DNA from: Trichodelitschia bisporula
Lineage: Eukaryota
Direction: 5' to 3'
Length of the DNA stretch: 64,000 nucleotides
NCBI GenBank assembly: GCA_010356995.1
Contig: ML996692.1
Coordinates: 507,933-571,932, forward strand
Part shown: positions 62,401-64,000 of the stretch, piece after piece
How positions within the stretch are numbered: position 1 is the first letter of the stretch
Layout of the letters: each line of letters starts with the position of its first letter
Program-made: the position numbers and the translations under genes
Notes under the pieces: model-generated
What the model was told of the DNA's origin: nothing
Seen by the model: only the letters and a program-made list of their open reading frames with translations
Databases searched by the model: none

Positions 62401-64000
62401 CACGCACAGCGGTCGGGCAGCTCTACGCCTCCTCTGGTCTCCTGGAAAGTTGCTGATCAGGACATTGTGCGACTTCTCGTGCCAGAGTACATGGCCAGGC
62501 GGGCCTGGAATGGCAGAGAATATGTACGTGTCACTTGTGACTTGCGAGCGGTAAAAGGTGGCGGGGCTTATTGGCCCGGTGGCCTGAGAAATCGTCGAAT
62601 GCTTTGCGGTTTCGCCGTCGTTGTCTAGCCGCTCCAGCAAAGTGGAGCGCCGCCGCTAAGATACGGTAGGTGGGTGCTTGGCGGCGGGAAGCTTCTCATG
62701 GTGAGGCGAGGAAGATTGGGATTGATGAAGTCGGGTAGGTCAGAAAAATAGTCCTCAATTGGGGGTGGGGGGGAGTCTGGACGTAAGCAAGGTGGAACGA
62801 TTGAGCATTGTGGTTATATCCTCCGAAAGGGGGTTAGGAGCTGCGAGCGGATCGCTCACGAGCTTGATGATGATGTTGATATCTTTGGTGCGGAAGAAGG
62901 GCCGAGGAAAGAGCGAGACTTCGCGCATTCGAATATGCAGCTATGATCTGGATAAGGAAGACGTTCCCATTTTCCGCTGGAAGGGATAAAGACCATCTCA
63001 TGTAAAGATGCCCTGAAATCGGGAATGTCGCGGTTTTTGGAGACTATTGACCGTCAAGAGCGCAGCTTGAGCTTAAGGACCGGGTGGTGCGCAATTTCAT
63101 GACTTTACCCCGGGTATGGAAGCGCAGAGTGGACAATGAGGCCCGACCGGGAGCCCCCCGCGCGGCAAGGTGGTAGCTCCTTTCGCAAAGTCACCAAAAT
63201 ATCCATTTATCTTCATGCTCTCGGCGGCGCATAGGCGCTTCGTTCACGTACACTGGCAAGGAAGGCGCCTGGAGGTGACTGGGATGTGTAATCGAGCGTC
63301 GCCAGATGGATGAGATCCTCGAGATTGGGAGACAATTCGCGCCTTTCTAACTATCCGCTCCTTTGACACCGGACTCGACAAGTTGGAGAGGAAGCGACGG
63401 GCGGCGGGGAGCCTAGAGGTAGAGACAGCAGGTTCGACGGGGCGGAGATAGAGTGGCGTCGAAGATGTGCTAACAGTCGACTTGCTAACAAGTCGCTTTT
63501 CCGTACGGCCACAGTGTTCTGCTAATTCCCCTCTTTTTAATAGCCACTTGGTGTATTGAAGCCGTGATCCGTCCTCGCCGAGTCCAAAATCTTCGAGCAC
63601 GGCTCCTCTGACTGCTCTCCACTATTCCCTGAATCCTGTCTCCAAGTGCGGAAAGAGGAGCAGAGGATAGCCGCCAGCCGCCATTCGCAGCGGGATCTTT
63701 CTGTCGGCAGAGGCGGGAAGCGACTAAACGAGGTTGCTGGACCGCTACAATGAGGTCCGGAACATGAGATGTTGCTCCTGGGCGCTAGGAGCGGAGTCCA
63801 TGGGATGGTACTGGTTAGGGACCTGCTTGCACTTAACCTCGCATTCAGTAAAAGCACTCGTCTCGTGCTGTTGGCGTGCTTTACGGCCTGGTAACATCCA
63901 CGACCCCGCATATGCCCATTCGTCCATCTGCCTTTGGCATCGAAGCAAAAAAATCCGCAACAAGGTAGTTTAGCAGCCAAGCTTCAATAGAAAAGCAGCA

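Noticed and set aside
62381..62490. Ankyrin-like fragment (..STPPL..DQDIVRLLV)
   Set aside because: Single weak match with wrong spacing and no supporting gene structure.

Overview
Eukaryotic DNA from a filamentous ascomycete (inferred from short GT-AG introns with CTRAC branch points and Pezizomycotina-type proteins). Positions 1-53.4 kb are gene-dense, with about 20 mostly intron-containing genes: a zinc-ribbon protein, dynein light chain LC8, MRD1, a TEA/ATTS factor, a four-dsRBD protein, a NAM8/NGR1/Csx1-like RRM protein, scytalone dehydratase, an NADP-dependent alkenal reductase, Maf, a hypothetical protein, ATP20, CTNNBL1, a Pof3/Dia2-like F-box protein, NUP2, a BCS1-like AAA ATPase, a RING-H2 membrane protein, NGG1/ADA3, a CYP, PET117 and VMA10. 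There is also an intron-containing tRNA-Ser(CGA) and an snR64-like C/D snoRNA inside an MRD1 intron. The last ~10.5 kb has no recognisable gene. The strongest hidden signals are at the RNA-processing level. (i) A stop-adjacent intron in the alkenal reductase has tandem acceptors, one of which adds a C-terminal PTS1-like -PRL, suggesting a cryptic peroxisomal isoform. (ii) The NAM8-like gene has a stop-adjacent intron and a distant in-frame alternative terminal exon, suggesting possible autoregulation. Gene models were spliced by eye and family calls come from motif recognition, not database searches.
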